Origin: Alphaproteobacteria bacterium
Lineage (GTDB): Bacteria > Pseudomonadota > Alphaproteobacteria > TMED109
Length of the DNA: 64,000 nt
Assembly (NCBI GenBank): GCA_965116745.1
Contig: OZ220701.1
Location: forward strand, 436,744-500,743
Direction: 5' to 3'
Positions 9,385 through 18,040 of the stretch are shown piece after piece (positions within the stretch are counted from its first letter, which is position 1; each line of letters opens with the position of its first letter). The notes below the pieces were generated by a model. The model ran no database searches, was not told where the DNA came from, and was given only the letters and a program-made list of their open reading frames with translations. A program made the position numbers and the translations under genes.

Positions 9385-10097
9385 GCCGCCTGTCCCAGAT
9401 AGACGCTGCGGACGGCCGCGTCCGCCAACACGGCGTCCACGTGACCCTCGAGCAGCACGGCGCCCCGGTGAAACACCGTGACGGTTCTGGCAATCGAGCG
9501 GATGAACTGCATGTCGTGTTCGACCACGACCACGGCGGCCGTCCGCGCGAACTCTTCCACGATTGCGGTCAGGCGTTCGACGTCACCCCCGGTCATCCCG
9601 GCGGCGGGCTCGTCGAGCAACACGAGCCAGGGGTCGCCGGCCATGACCATGCCGAGCTCGACATGCTGGCGCTCGCCGTGGGCGAGCCGGCCGGGCGAGC
9701 TGCGCGCAACGGGCTCCAGCGCCAGCCGGGCGATGGTTTCGTCGGCTTTCCGGGTGGCGGCGCGCGGCGGCAGGAACCGGCGCGCGGCGAGCCAGATGTT
9801 CTCGAAGACGCTCAGCCCGTCCATGACGCTCGGCACCTGGGTCTTGGTGCCGACGCCGAGGCTTGCCACGTGGTGCGAGGGCCAGCGCGTGGTTTCCTGG
9901 CCGCGCATGAAGATCTGCCCTTCCGTCGGCTGGAGCAGCCCCGTGATGCATTTGAAGAAGGTTGATTTTCCCGCGCCGTTCGGGCCGATGAGGCAGCGGA
10001 GCTCGTGGGCGGCCAGCCGGAAGTCGACGTGGGCGACGGCCAGCACCCCGCCAAATTGCATGGTGAGGCCCTGGGTCTCCAGGACCGTTTCAGGCAT
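9381..10097 (-). CDS. LivG-type ABC transporter ATP-binding protein
   Basis: Walker A GPNGAGKSTFF and Walker B LVLLDEPAAGM are present. There is a 4-nt overlap with the downstream ATPase-amidase gene. Confidence 0.9.
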   Translation of the reverse strand: MPETVLETQGLTMQFGGVLAVAHVDFRLAAHELRCLIGPNGAGKSTFFKCITGLLQPTEGQIFMRGQETTRWPSHHVASLGVGTKTQVPSVMDGLSVFENIWLAARRFLPPRAATRKADETIARLALEPVARSSPGRLAHGERQHVELGMVMAGDPWLVLLDEPAAGMTGGDVERLTAIVEEFARTAAVVVVEHDMQFIRSIARTVTVFHRGAVLLEGHVDAVLADAAVRSVYLGQAA

Positions 10098-11133
10098 CGC
10101 CTGACGCCAGGGTGGACGGCGGCCCGCGACGTCTCCGGTACCGGCGCCGGGGGCGCCGGCGCGTGACCCGGCGCCAGGCGTTCACCAGCACGGGAGCAAT
10201 CCCGCCCGGCAGAAAGAGCACGAAGAGGACCAGGATGGCGCCGGACACGACGGAATTGTGAATGAGGTCCTGCTGCCCCAGGAGAAACTTGAGATAGGAG
10301 AGACCGGCCGCGCCCAGCACCGGCCCGATGCGGGTGCCCAAGCCGCCGACGATGCACCAGATGATGATGTCCGCCGACTGGCTCAGCGAAAACAGGCGCG
10401 GGGTGACGATTTCCGCCCAGTTCGCGAACAGTGCGCCGGCCAGTCCGGCGATGGCGGCGCCGGCGGTGAACATGACGGTCTTGCGGGCCGGGACGTCGTA
10501 GCCCATCAGCGCAGCCCGCATCTCGTTCTCGCGAATGCCGACGGCAATGCGCCCGAACGACGACCGGAGCAGCGCGCTCACGAGCAGGTACGCCAGCAGC
10601 AGGCAGGCCGCGCTGAAGTAGTAGAACGACTCCCCCCAGACGTAGGCGTCCGGATACCCGGGGACGTTCAGGGTCTGGAAGCCCGGAATGCCGTTGAAGC
10701 CGCCGAGCCGCGCCCTGCCGATCACGTAGTCCGAACCGGCGGTGGCGTTCATGAACCGGTGAAGGATCAGCGTGACCACGAGGGTGATGACGCCGAGGTA
10801 GACATCGGTCAGCCGGCCATAGAACAGCATGGCGCCAAGCACCGCGGCGAAGCCCGCCGGGATCGCCACCGCGAGGAGCATCGGCGCCGTGCTCTCGCCG
10901 ATGTTGATCGCGGCAATGGCGTAGGTGTAGGCGCCAAGACCGAAGAAGGCGGCCTGGCCGAAACAGAGGATTCCCCCGAACCCCCAGACCAGTCCCAGAC
11001 TGAGACCGAGCATCCCGTAGATGATGAGGATGGTCAGCGTGTAGGTGCTGACCAGCATGGGCAGGATTCCGACGGCGCCGGCAGCCACCACCAGCGTGCC
11101 GGTGAGTTCGCGGCTCCAGCCGGCGTCCCTCAC
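10090..11133 (-). CDS. LivM-type branched-chain/amide ABC transporter permease
   Basis: Polytopic hydrophobic protein with the typical LivM layout. It overlaps both neighbouring genes (operon coupling). Confidence 0.9.
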   Translation of the reverse strand: MRDAGWSRELTGTLVVAAGAVGILPMLVSTYTLTILIIYGMLGLSLGLVWGFGGILCFGQAAFFGLGAYTYAIAAINIGESTAPMLLAVAIPAGFAAVLGAMLFYGRLTDVYLGVITLVVTLILHRFMNATAGSDYVIGRARLGGFNGIPGFQTLNVPGYPDAYVWGESFYYFSAACLLLAYLLVSALLRSSFGRIAVGIRENEMRAALMGYDVPARKTVMFTAGAAIAGLAGALFANWAEIVTPRLFSLSQSADIIIWCIVGGLGTRIGPVLGAAGLSYLKFLLGQQDLIHNSVVSGAILVLFVLFLPGGIAPVLVNAWRRVTRRRPRRRYRRRRGPPSTLASGDA

Positions 11134-11996
11134 AGCGATTCCCTGAACAGCCGGTCGGTGATGCCCCGGGGCAGGAGACGGAGGAGGACGACGGCCGCCA
11201 CCAGGAGCGCCACTTCGCCGACGACCGGCGACACCGCGAAGCTGAAGATCTGGTTGATCAGCCCGAAGACACCGGCGCTGCTGGCCAGACCCGCGACCAG
11301 CGCGGGCCCGCCGGCGATGACCGTAATGAAGGCCTTCGCGATGTAGGCGCCGCCGGACGTGGGGACCAGTCCGACGAGCGGCGCGAGAACGGCGCCGGCC
11401 AGCCCCGACAGCGCGGACCCGCAGGCGAAGGTCAGCATGTAGATGCGGTCGGGGTTGTAGCCGAGTGACGCGGCCATGTCCGAGTGCTGCATCGTCCCGC
11501 GGGCGATGAGCCCGGACCGGGTCGACCTGAGCACGGCCAGCATGAGAAGCAGGAGGACCGCGGCCACCAGGACGATGAAGAAGTTGTAGCCGTTCACCTG
11601 GTAGTCCCCGAGCGCGAAGCCGGGGATGGGGGTCGATATGCCGGTCGTCGTGTTGCCGAACAGCATGGTCACGACGCCGATGAACAGCAGGCTCAGCCCC
11701 CAGGTGGCGAGCATCGTGTCGATGAGACGCCCGTAGAGGTGCCGGATCACGAGGCGCTCGACCACGAGGCCCAGCCCGCCGACGACCGCCGGAGCCAGGA
11801 CGAGCATCGCCAGGAAGACGTTCACGCCGAGATCGACGGCAGTGATCGTGGCGTATCCCCCGAGCATCATGAACTCGCCGTGCGCGAGGTTGATGACCCG
11901 CATCATCCCGAAGATCACGGCCAGGCCGGCGCTGATCAGGACCAGCGCGCCGATCGCGTACAGCACTTCGACAACGATGACGAGGGCGAGATCCAT
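11130..11996 (-). CDS. LivH-type ABC transporter permease
   Basis: Begins MDLALVIVVEVLYAIGALVLISAGLAVIFGMMRVINLAHGEF, which is the canonical LivH N-terminus (INLAHGE). Confidence 0.9.
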   Translation of the reverse strand: MDLALVIVVEVLYAIGALVLISAGLAVIFGMMRVINLAHGEFMMLGGYATITAVDLGVNVFLAMLVLAPAVVGGLGLVVERLVIRHLYGRLIDTMLATWGLSLLFIGVVTMLFGNTTTGISTPIPGFALGDYQVNGYNFFIVLVAAVLLLLMLAVLRSTRSGLIARGTMQHSDMAASLGYNPDRIYMLTFACGSALSGLAGAVLAPLVGLVPTSGGAYIAKAFITVIAGGPALVAGLASSAGVFGLINQIFSFAVSPVVGEVALLVAAVVLLRLLPRGITDRLFRESL

Positions 11997-12075
11997 GTCA
12001 GTGGCGGCTGACCGGGCAGGGCGAAGCGGCGGGGGCGGCGTGGTCGGTCACGCTGACGCCCCTGCCCGGCCCGGC

Positions 12076-13299
12076 TCAGATCTCGATTTCGTACTGCTGG
12101 TTGTCGTCCGGATTGACCGCCAGGTCGCAAACGGCCTGGGTGTCGATGGGCTGGCGTTGCGGCAGGGTGTCGATGACCGTCATGCCCTGGTTCTCGATCT
12201 CCATCAGATGGACATCGAGGACGGCGTGGTGGGTCTTCGGGTCGACCGTCACCCTGCCGCCGGGACCCTGGATGGAAATCCCGGTCTCGAGCGCCGTGAC
12301 GACCGCATCACGATCGAGCGAGCCGGCTTCCCGCACGGCCGCCGCCCACGTCAGCACGCCCTGGTAGTTCGATACCGCGATTTCGTGAATGGCCGTGTCG
12401 TCGCCGTAGGCCGCCGCCCATTTGCGCTTGAATTCGGCGTTCTCGGGGGTGTCAAGCTCCTGGCTGTAATTGTAGGCAACCATGATCCCGTTGCCCTCGT
12501 CCGCGGTCAGTACCTTGTGTTCGTTGCCCACACCGAGGGTCGTGGAGGCAAGGGGGATCCGGGCCTTCATGCCGGCCGCGGCCCATTGCCGGAAGAACGA
12601 CAGGTGGGCGCCGCCGACCAGGGGCGCGATGACCAGGTCCGGGGCGGTCGACTGGATTTTCGCGATCGTCGATCCGAAGTCGGAGACATCGAGCGGGAAG
12701 AAATCGGCCGCGACGGTCTCGCCGCCGTGGTCGCCCACGTACTTCTGGATCCACTTGGCCGTGATCTGGCCATAGTTGTAGTCGGCCGCGAGGATGTAGA
12801 CCGATCGGGCCCCCACCTTGTTCATGGCGTAGGGCACGAGTGCCTCGACCTGCTGGGCCGGCGTGACGCCGTTGATGAAGATGTTGCGGTCGCAGACCCC
12901 GCCTTCGTACAGCACGTTGTAGAAGTACAGCGTCCCGCTCTTGCGCAGGATCTGGCGAATCGCTTCTCGCGAGGCCGACAGGATGCCGCCATGGACGACG
13001 TCGACCCGATCCTCGCGGGTGAGCTGCTGCGCGTACTGGGAATACAGCGCCATGTCGGATTGGGTGTCATAGGCGACCACGTCGATGGGCCGCCCCAGCA
13101 GGCCGCCGGCGTTGTTGATGTCGTCCACGGCGAGGCGCATCGCCATGTCCATCGGCTTGCCATAGGCGTCGAAGATGCCGGAGGTGTCGAGGACGGATCC
13201 GAGCTTGATCGGTTCGGCTGCGGCCGCCGGGTACCCCAGCAGGGCGGCACCCGTCAGGGCGGCGCTGCCGCCGAGAAAATGGCGACGGTTGATGGACAT
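12076..13299 (-). CDS. Tat-exported periplasmic substrate-binding protein (Peripla_BP_6; AmiC/UrtA-like amide/urea binding type)
   Basis: Twin-arginine signal MSINRRHFLGGSAALTGAALLG. The body resembles UrtA/AmiC-type type-1 PBPs (GSVLDTSGIFDAYGKP...DVVHGGILSASREA...YILAADYNYGQ). Start chosen at the internal ATG 13299. Confidence 0.85.
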   Translation of the reverse strand: MSINRRHFLGGSAALTGAALLGYPAAAAEPIKLGSVLDTSGIFDAYGKPMDMAMRLAVDDINNAGGLLGRPIDVVAYDTQSDMALYSQYAQQLTREDRVDVVHGGILSASREAIRQILRKSGTLYFYNVLYEGGVCDRNIFINGVTPAQQVEALVPYAMNKVGARSVYILAADYNYGQITAKWIQKYVGDHGGETVAADFFPLDVSDFGSTIAKIQSTAPDLVIAPLVGGAHLSFFRQWAAAGMKARIPLASTTLGVGNEHKVLTADEGNGIMVAYNYSQELDTPENAEFKRKWAAAYGDDTAIHEIAVSNYQGVLTWAAAVREAGSLDRDAVVTALETGISIQGPGGRVTVDPKTHHAVLDVHLMEIENQGMTVIDTLPQRQPIDTQAVCDLAVNPDDNQQYEIEI

Positions 13300-13360
13300 A
13301 CGGAAATCCTCCTGTCGGGGCCCGCTCGGGCCCGTCATGGGTTGCTGACAGGCACGGCGG

Positions 13361-14956
13361 TCATGCCTTGCCCTTGTCCTTGGTCTTGATCCGATTGGCG
13401 TAGTCGGCAGTGCGCCCGGCCAGGTTGGGATCGAAGTCGAGGCCGATTTCGGCCCCCATCTGCTTCATGGCCGGCAGCCGGACGGCCATCCCGAGGATCT
13501 GTTCCATCGCGGCGCCAAAGGCGTCTTCAGCCGCGCCCGAACTTCCTGCAGCCGGGCTGGGTCCGCCAATCTGGTTGATCCGGATGGATTCGATCTTCTC
13601 GACCGGCTTCATCATCTGCGCCATGATTTCGGGGAGGCGATCGAGCTTGCGTTCTTCCAGGCGCATGCGGATCACGGAGTCGCTCAGCAGGTTCTCGGCC
13701 TGATTCAGCGCCGTGCGTCCCTCCGCCTCCGCCTCCATGCGGGCCTTGTCGGCCGATGCCGCGCTCGCCGTTGCGGCGGCCTCTGCCTTGGCCTTCGCGA
13801 GCACGGTGTCGACGTCGGTCTGCACCCGCGCGTGTTCGCGGGCGAGATCCTGTTCCTGGCGCAGCCACGCGACCTCTCCCTCGCGCTCGGCGGCGGCCCG
13901 CTCCTTTTGGGCCTGAACGTTCTCCGAAGCCAGGACCAGTTGGGCCCGGGCTTCTTCCTCGGCGGCCCGGGCAACCGACTCGTCGGCCCGCTTCCGGGAA
14001 AGTTCGATTTCGTTCGTGAGCTTCGCCTCTTCGAGTGCCAGGAGCGCGCGCATCTCGGCCTTGCGGAGCTCTTCGTCGCTCGTGACCTGGGCCGCCTTCG
14101 CCTTCTGCTCGCCATCGATGCGCACGGTCTCGGAGGCCAGTACGGCCGCCGCCCGCGCTTGCTCGGAACGCGAGCGGGCATCGGCCTCCAGCTTGTCCAG
14201 GTGCTCTTGCTGGGAGATCTCGGCCTCGCGTTCGGCCCGCTTGAGCTCGATTTCGCGCTGATGCTGGGCCAGCCGGCTCTCCCGGACTGCGATCTCGGTG
14301 GCGGTCTCGATCTCGACCCGCGCCTTTCGCTGCGTGGCGACGAGTTCGGCGAGGCGCCGGCGGCCCTGCGCGTTGAAGGCGTTCGATTCATCGAGCTGGG
14401 CCAGGTTGGTCTGGTCGACCGACACCAGGGCGGCGGCAATCAGGCTGAGTCCGAACTTCGCCGCCTGCTCCCCGGCTTCGGTCGCGACGTCCTGCGTGAA
14501 CGCGCTCCGGTTCAGGTGGATGTCCTCCATCGTCCGCTGGGCGGCGGCGTTCTGGATGGCGTTGACCAAGGCCCCCCTCAGCAGCTCGTGGACCGAGCCC
14601 CCGTTCCGCGAGATGCGATTGCCGAGCGCCTGGGCAGCGGTCGAAACCCCTTCGCGAGACGGTTCGACCCGCAACTCGAATTCCATCCCGACATCTGCCC
14701 GCAGTTGGTCGCGGCACAGGACCGCCTCGCTGCCCGATTGCGTGGCAGAAATCGAGATCGCCGCCATGGAGACACGCTGCAGGCGATGCACGATCGGGAG
14801 GGCCAGGCAGCCGCCGTCGAGGACGACCTTGCGCCCGCCGAGCCCGGTTCGCACCAACGCCGTCTCCAGCGTGGCCTTGGCGTAGTAGCGCTGGAGGAAC
14901 CAGATTCCACAGGCCAAGGCCAGCAGAACGCCGGCAACGGTGTAAAGCCAAGCCAC
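13361..14956 (-). CDS. flotillin-family SPFH/Band-7 protein (YqiK-like)
   Basis: An N-terminal membrane helix and SPFH core are followed by a long Ala/Glu/Arg-rich coiled coil and the conserved flotillin tail (LPEIMAQMMKPVEKIESIRI). Confidence 0.85.
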   Translation of the reverse strand: MAWLYTVAGVLLALACGIWFLQRYYAKATLETALVRTGLGGRKVVLDGGCLALPIVHRLQRVSMAAISISATQSGSEAVLCRDQLRADVGMEFELRVEPSREGVSTAAQALGNRISRNGGSVHELLRGALVNAIQNAAAQRTMEDIHLNRSAFTQDVATEAGEQAAKFGLSLIAAALVSVDQTNLAQLDESNAFNAQGRRRLAELVATQRKARVEIETATEIAVRESRLAQHQREIELKRAEREAEISQQEHLDKLEADARSRSEQARAAAVLASETVRIDGEQKAKAAQVTSDEELRKAEMRALLALEEAKLTNEIELSRKRADESVARAAEEEARAQLVLASENVQAQKERAAAEREGEVAWLRQEQDLAREHARVQTDVDTVLAKAKAEAAATASAASADKARMEAEAEGRTALNQAENLLSDSVIRMRLEERKLDRLPEIMAQMMKPVEKIESIRINQIGGPSPAAGSSGAAEDAFGAAMEQILGMAVRLPAMKQMGAEIGLDFDPNLAGRTADYANRIKTKDKGKA

Positions 14957-15067
14957 AGGTGTTTCCTGTCGTCTCCCGGGTCACGGCGGGGGGCCGGCCG
15001 ATTTGGCCGACTAGCCCGAACGACAGGGTAGCCGCATTAGTTTCCGATTCAAGTAGTTTGTGTTATC

Positions 15068-16234
15068 TTATTGCCTGGTAAGATTCTTTACGATCTCGAA
15101 TTCCATTCCTGTCACGCGTGCAAGGTAGGTCGGGAGCGGGCGTGGCTCGGTGGTGCCGCGGGCCAGCCGGCGAGCACTGCGATAGTGGCCGCGGGCCGCA
15201 AAGTTCGCCGCGCGGGATCGCCAGTCGTCGCCATGTGTATCGACCAGGGCGGCCAGGCAATGAATGCCCTCGTAGGTGGACTGGCCCAGCGTGTTCAGGA
15301 CCGGCGCATGATCGCCATGGGTCGAGTGGTATTTCTCCCGGAACGACGCATTGGCCTCTGTCCGCAGCGATCCGAAATAGGCGGCCGAGGCATAGAAACG
15401 GTTGAGCGACTTCGGCCCGCTTGCCAGGAGCACGTTTTCCTCCACCGCGCAGGAAAAGCGGACGGTGCTCCGATGCAGGTCCGCGTCCCCGAAGGCCCTG
15501 TTGAACATCACCGCGTCCTGGCCGATCAGCGAGACCAGGACGGCATCCGCGCGGCAGCGGCGGATTTCATCCACGAACGGCCGCATGTCCGCCACGCCAA
15601 ACGGCAGGTAACGTTCGTAGACGAGGGGAGCGGCGCAGTCTCGCAGGATCCTCTTGGCAAAGGTATGTGAAGCCCGCGGCCACACGTAATCGTTACCGAT
15701 CATGGCCCATCGGCGGAACCTGTACGTCGAGTGAAGGTGGCCGATCGCGGGGCCCAGTTGCAGCGCCGGGGTTTCGCCGATGGCGATCACCCCGGGCGTC
15801 CGTTCGCCACCCTCGTAGAGGGGGGTATAGATGAACGGAACCCTCTGCCTGACCACTTTGCTCAGGCGTTGCCGGACAGCGCTGATGTGCATGCCCACGA
15901 TCGCATCGATCGCCTGCGCCTGCAGGAGGTCGCTCACGAGTGAGTCGACCGGAACCGCGGCTTCCTCGGCCGCATCGACCAGCAACAACTGGACCTGACG
16001 GCCGTCGATCCCGTCACGACGGTTCAGTTCGTTGACGGCTACCTGGGCGCTGGCGATACAGGATGGCGACCAGATCCCGGCGGCGCCGCAGAGCGGCACG
16101 AGCAGCGCAACGCGGTAGCAGGAACCCGGCGGCGGCAACAGCGCATCGAAATCGCGCCCATACTCCGGTGGCAGACTGGCCGGACCACACCGGCCAGCGG
16201 CAAATTCCTGGCCGCTGGAACAGCGTTGCTGCAT
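15068..16234 (-). CDS. cytoplasmic AmiC-like ligand-binding sensor (aliphatic amidase expression-regulating protein family)
   Basis: There is no signal peptide. Blocks FIYTPLYEGGERTPGVIAIGETP and IGNDYVWPRASH parallel Pseudomonas AmiC (CYPTPYEGFEYSPNIVYGG, IGSDYIYPRESN). The start is uncertain: ATG 16234 is preferred, because ATG 16303 overlaps the divergent marR start. Confidence 0.75.
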   Translation of the reverse strand: MQQRCSSGQEFAAGRCGPASLPPEYGRDFDALLPPPGSCYRVALLVPLCGAAGIWSPSCIASAQVAVNELNRRDGIDGRQVQLLLVDAAEEAAVPVDSLVSDLLQAQAIDAIVGMHISAVRQRLSKVVRQRVPFIYTPLYEGGERTPGVIAIGETPALQLGPAIGHLHSTYRFRRWAMIGNDYVWPRASHTFAKRILRDCAAPLVYERYLPFGVADMRPFVDEIRRCRADAVLVSLIGQDAVMFNRAFGDADLHRSTVRFSCAVEENVLLASGPKSLNRFYASAAYFGSLRTEANASFREKYHSTHGDHAPVLNTLGQSTYEGIHCLAALVDTHGDDWRSRAANFAARGHYRSARRLARGTTEPRPLPTYLARVTGMEFEIVKNLTRQ

Positions 16235-16301
16235 GCGGCAAGTACAGTTGAAAGTGGTTTCCAAGTCAACTATTTCTTGTGCGACAACGGCGGGTATCTC
16301 C

Positions 16302-16793
16302 ATGAGCGATTCAGCGAGGCCACTGACTGGCTACCTTTCGTACGTACTGGCCGCGGCTCATCGTGAAGTACGGATTTCCCTGTCTCACCGGCTGAAGGCT
16401 TTCGGGATCCAGATCGAGGCCTGGCGGATCATGGCGACACTGGCGTCGCATCCAGCGGCAACCATGAGTGAGCTTGCCGACCTGGTGCTGATGAACCCAC
16501 CGGCCTTGACCAAGCTTGTCGATCGCATGGTGTCAAGCGGGTTGGTGCACCGTCAGATTTCGAGGCAGGATCAGCGTCAGGTCAACTTGATTCTGACGGA
16601 CCTCGGAAAAAAGCGGATGTCGCAAATTCGGGCGGAAGTGCAGTCCGAGGACGACGAGATCCTTGCGGCGATCGGATCGGAGAACGTGGAGTTGTTTGTG
16701 GGCATGCTCCAGAAGATCTCACCGCGTGCAGTTCGCCTCTCGCAGAGACCGCCGCCTCGGCGACTGCCCAAGGCTGGCCGTACTGACCTCTAG
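16302..16793 (+). CDS. MarR-family transcriptional regulator
   Basis: Winged-HTH core IEAWRIMATLASHPAATMSELADLVLMNPPALTKLVDRMVSSGLVHRQISRQDQRQVNLILTDLGK. Internal ATG chosen as the start. Confidence 0.85.
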   Translation: MSDSARPLTGYLSYVLAAAHREVRISLSHRLKAFGIQIEAWRIMATLASHPAATMSELADLVLMNPPALTKLVDRMVSSGLVHRQISRQDQRQVNLILTDLGKKRMSQIRAEVQSEDDEILAAIGSENVELFVGMLQKISPRAVRLSQRPPPRRLPKAGRTDL

Positions 16794-17069
16794 TCAATCC
16801 TTTGCAGCGCCTGTTCACAGAGCTGCATGAAACTCCGGTGACGGGGAACAAGCGCGTCGGCCGGGAAGACGTGCTGAGCCCGCTGCCCGTCCACGCTGGC
16901 GTGCCCAGGTAGGGTCGGGGGCGCTTGCAAAATCGCCCCGCGATGGCGGTCCCTCCAGTCCAGTTGTTCTGGCAGCAGCCGAAAATATCGTTTACGATCC
17001 GGAAGTTGCGGTCGGCGGAGTGACGTCATCCCGTCCGGGTCGCAGCGGAATGGCCAGCGGGGTGGTGAG

Positions 17070-17804
17070 ATGCGAGGTTTCCGGGGCGCGCTACTTGCGG
17101 CCTGCGTTCTGTTGTTCGCGGCCACGCCGGGCGCGGGCGCGCAGGACGGGCCGTACGTCGGCGTGGCGGCGGGATGGAACCGGGCCAGCGGCGACTACAC
17201 CAAGGGCATTGGTCTCGACGTGCCGCCCGCGAGCTATGAGTCGGCGACCAGCGACGCGCGACACGGGGTCGGCACGCTGCGGGGGTCACTCGGTTACCGA
17301 ACCTTCGTCGCCGGTCCCCTGTACGTTTCGGGAGAGCTCGAGGCGACGCTCCACGGCGGCGGCGGGCCGGCAGGCTACCTGCGGGAGGGCACTGGCGAAG
17401 GGGACCGGGACGTGTGGCCAGGACCGTGGAGCGTGCAGCGGAAAGGCGGGCTAGGTATCAACGCCCGGCTCGGGTACGCGCCTGGCGGGCTGCTGGACGA
17501 AGGCGGATCGATTTATGTCGTCGCCGGCCTGCATTGGCAGCGGGCGTCCGTGCGGCGCGGTTCCGACATCGGCGGGGAAGCGATCCGGACCGCGGCGAAT
17601 CACACGTTTCGCCCGTGGGTTGTCGGCGTGGGCGTGGAGTGGGGAAGCTGGGCAAGCCGGATCGGGCTCGAGGTCCGGTACTCGTCAGCTGATCTGGAGT
17701 TCCGCACCGGAGGGGATGGTTCGGCGCTCGGGATGCCGCGCATCGATCACCGGTTCGGCGTGCGCGAGGTCGGCGTTCAGGTGGGTTACATTCACTCGTT
17801 CTGA
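17070..17804 (+). CDS. outer-membrane beta-barrel protein (OmpA-like 8-strand/porin family)
   Basis: Signal peptide MRGFRGALLAACVLLFAATPGAGAQD, alternating beta-strand pattern, and terminal ...VGVQVGYIHSF (C-terminal Phe). Confidence 0.75.
   Translation: MRGFRGALLAACVLLFAATPGAGAQDGPYVGVAAGWNRASGDYTKGIGLDVPPASYESATSDARHGVGTLRGSLGYRTFVAGPLYVSGELEATLHGGGGPAGYLREGTGEGDRDVWPGPWSVQRKGGLGINARLGYAPGGLLDEGGSIYVVAGLHWQRASVRRGSDIGGEAIRTAANHTFRPWVVGVGVEWGSWASRIGLEVRYSSADLEFRTGGDGSALGMPRIDHRFGVREVGVQVGYIHSF
17702..17804 (+). repeat. direct repeat, left copy (the functional 3-prime end of the OMP gene)
   Basis: Hand alignment with 21242..21344 is gap-free over ~103 nt, with roughly 80-85 percent identity. 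Encoded peptides: RTGGDGSALGMPRIDHRFGVREVGVQVGYIHSF versus RTGGDGSALGMPRIDHRFDVREFGVQVSYSRSF. Confidence 0.8.
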
Positions 17805-18040
17805 TCAAAACGGCAGAATCAGGCAACCGTGCGCGGCGGGGCGTCCTGAACGAGAAACTGTACCCGCACTTCGCGATCGTTTTCGGAGGCGAAGGTGGAT
17901 CGCTTGACCGGCAATCATGCAGATCTTCGCAGTTGCCATCGACGGACGAGATCCTGGCGGATCGTCCCGGTCCCGAACGTCACTAGGGGCAGCGTTCGTC
18001 GGCCCCGCCTGGTGCAGCGACCAATTCCGCACGGGACAAA

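Noticed and set aside
16790-17125. 111-aa reverse ORF between marR and the OMP gene
   Set aside because: Its composition is largely junk-like, it overlaps the OMP gene start, and only the last ~25 residues look protein-like. Evidence is insufficient.
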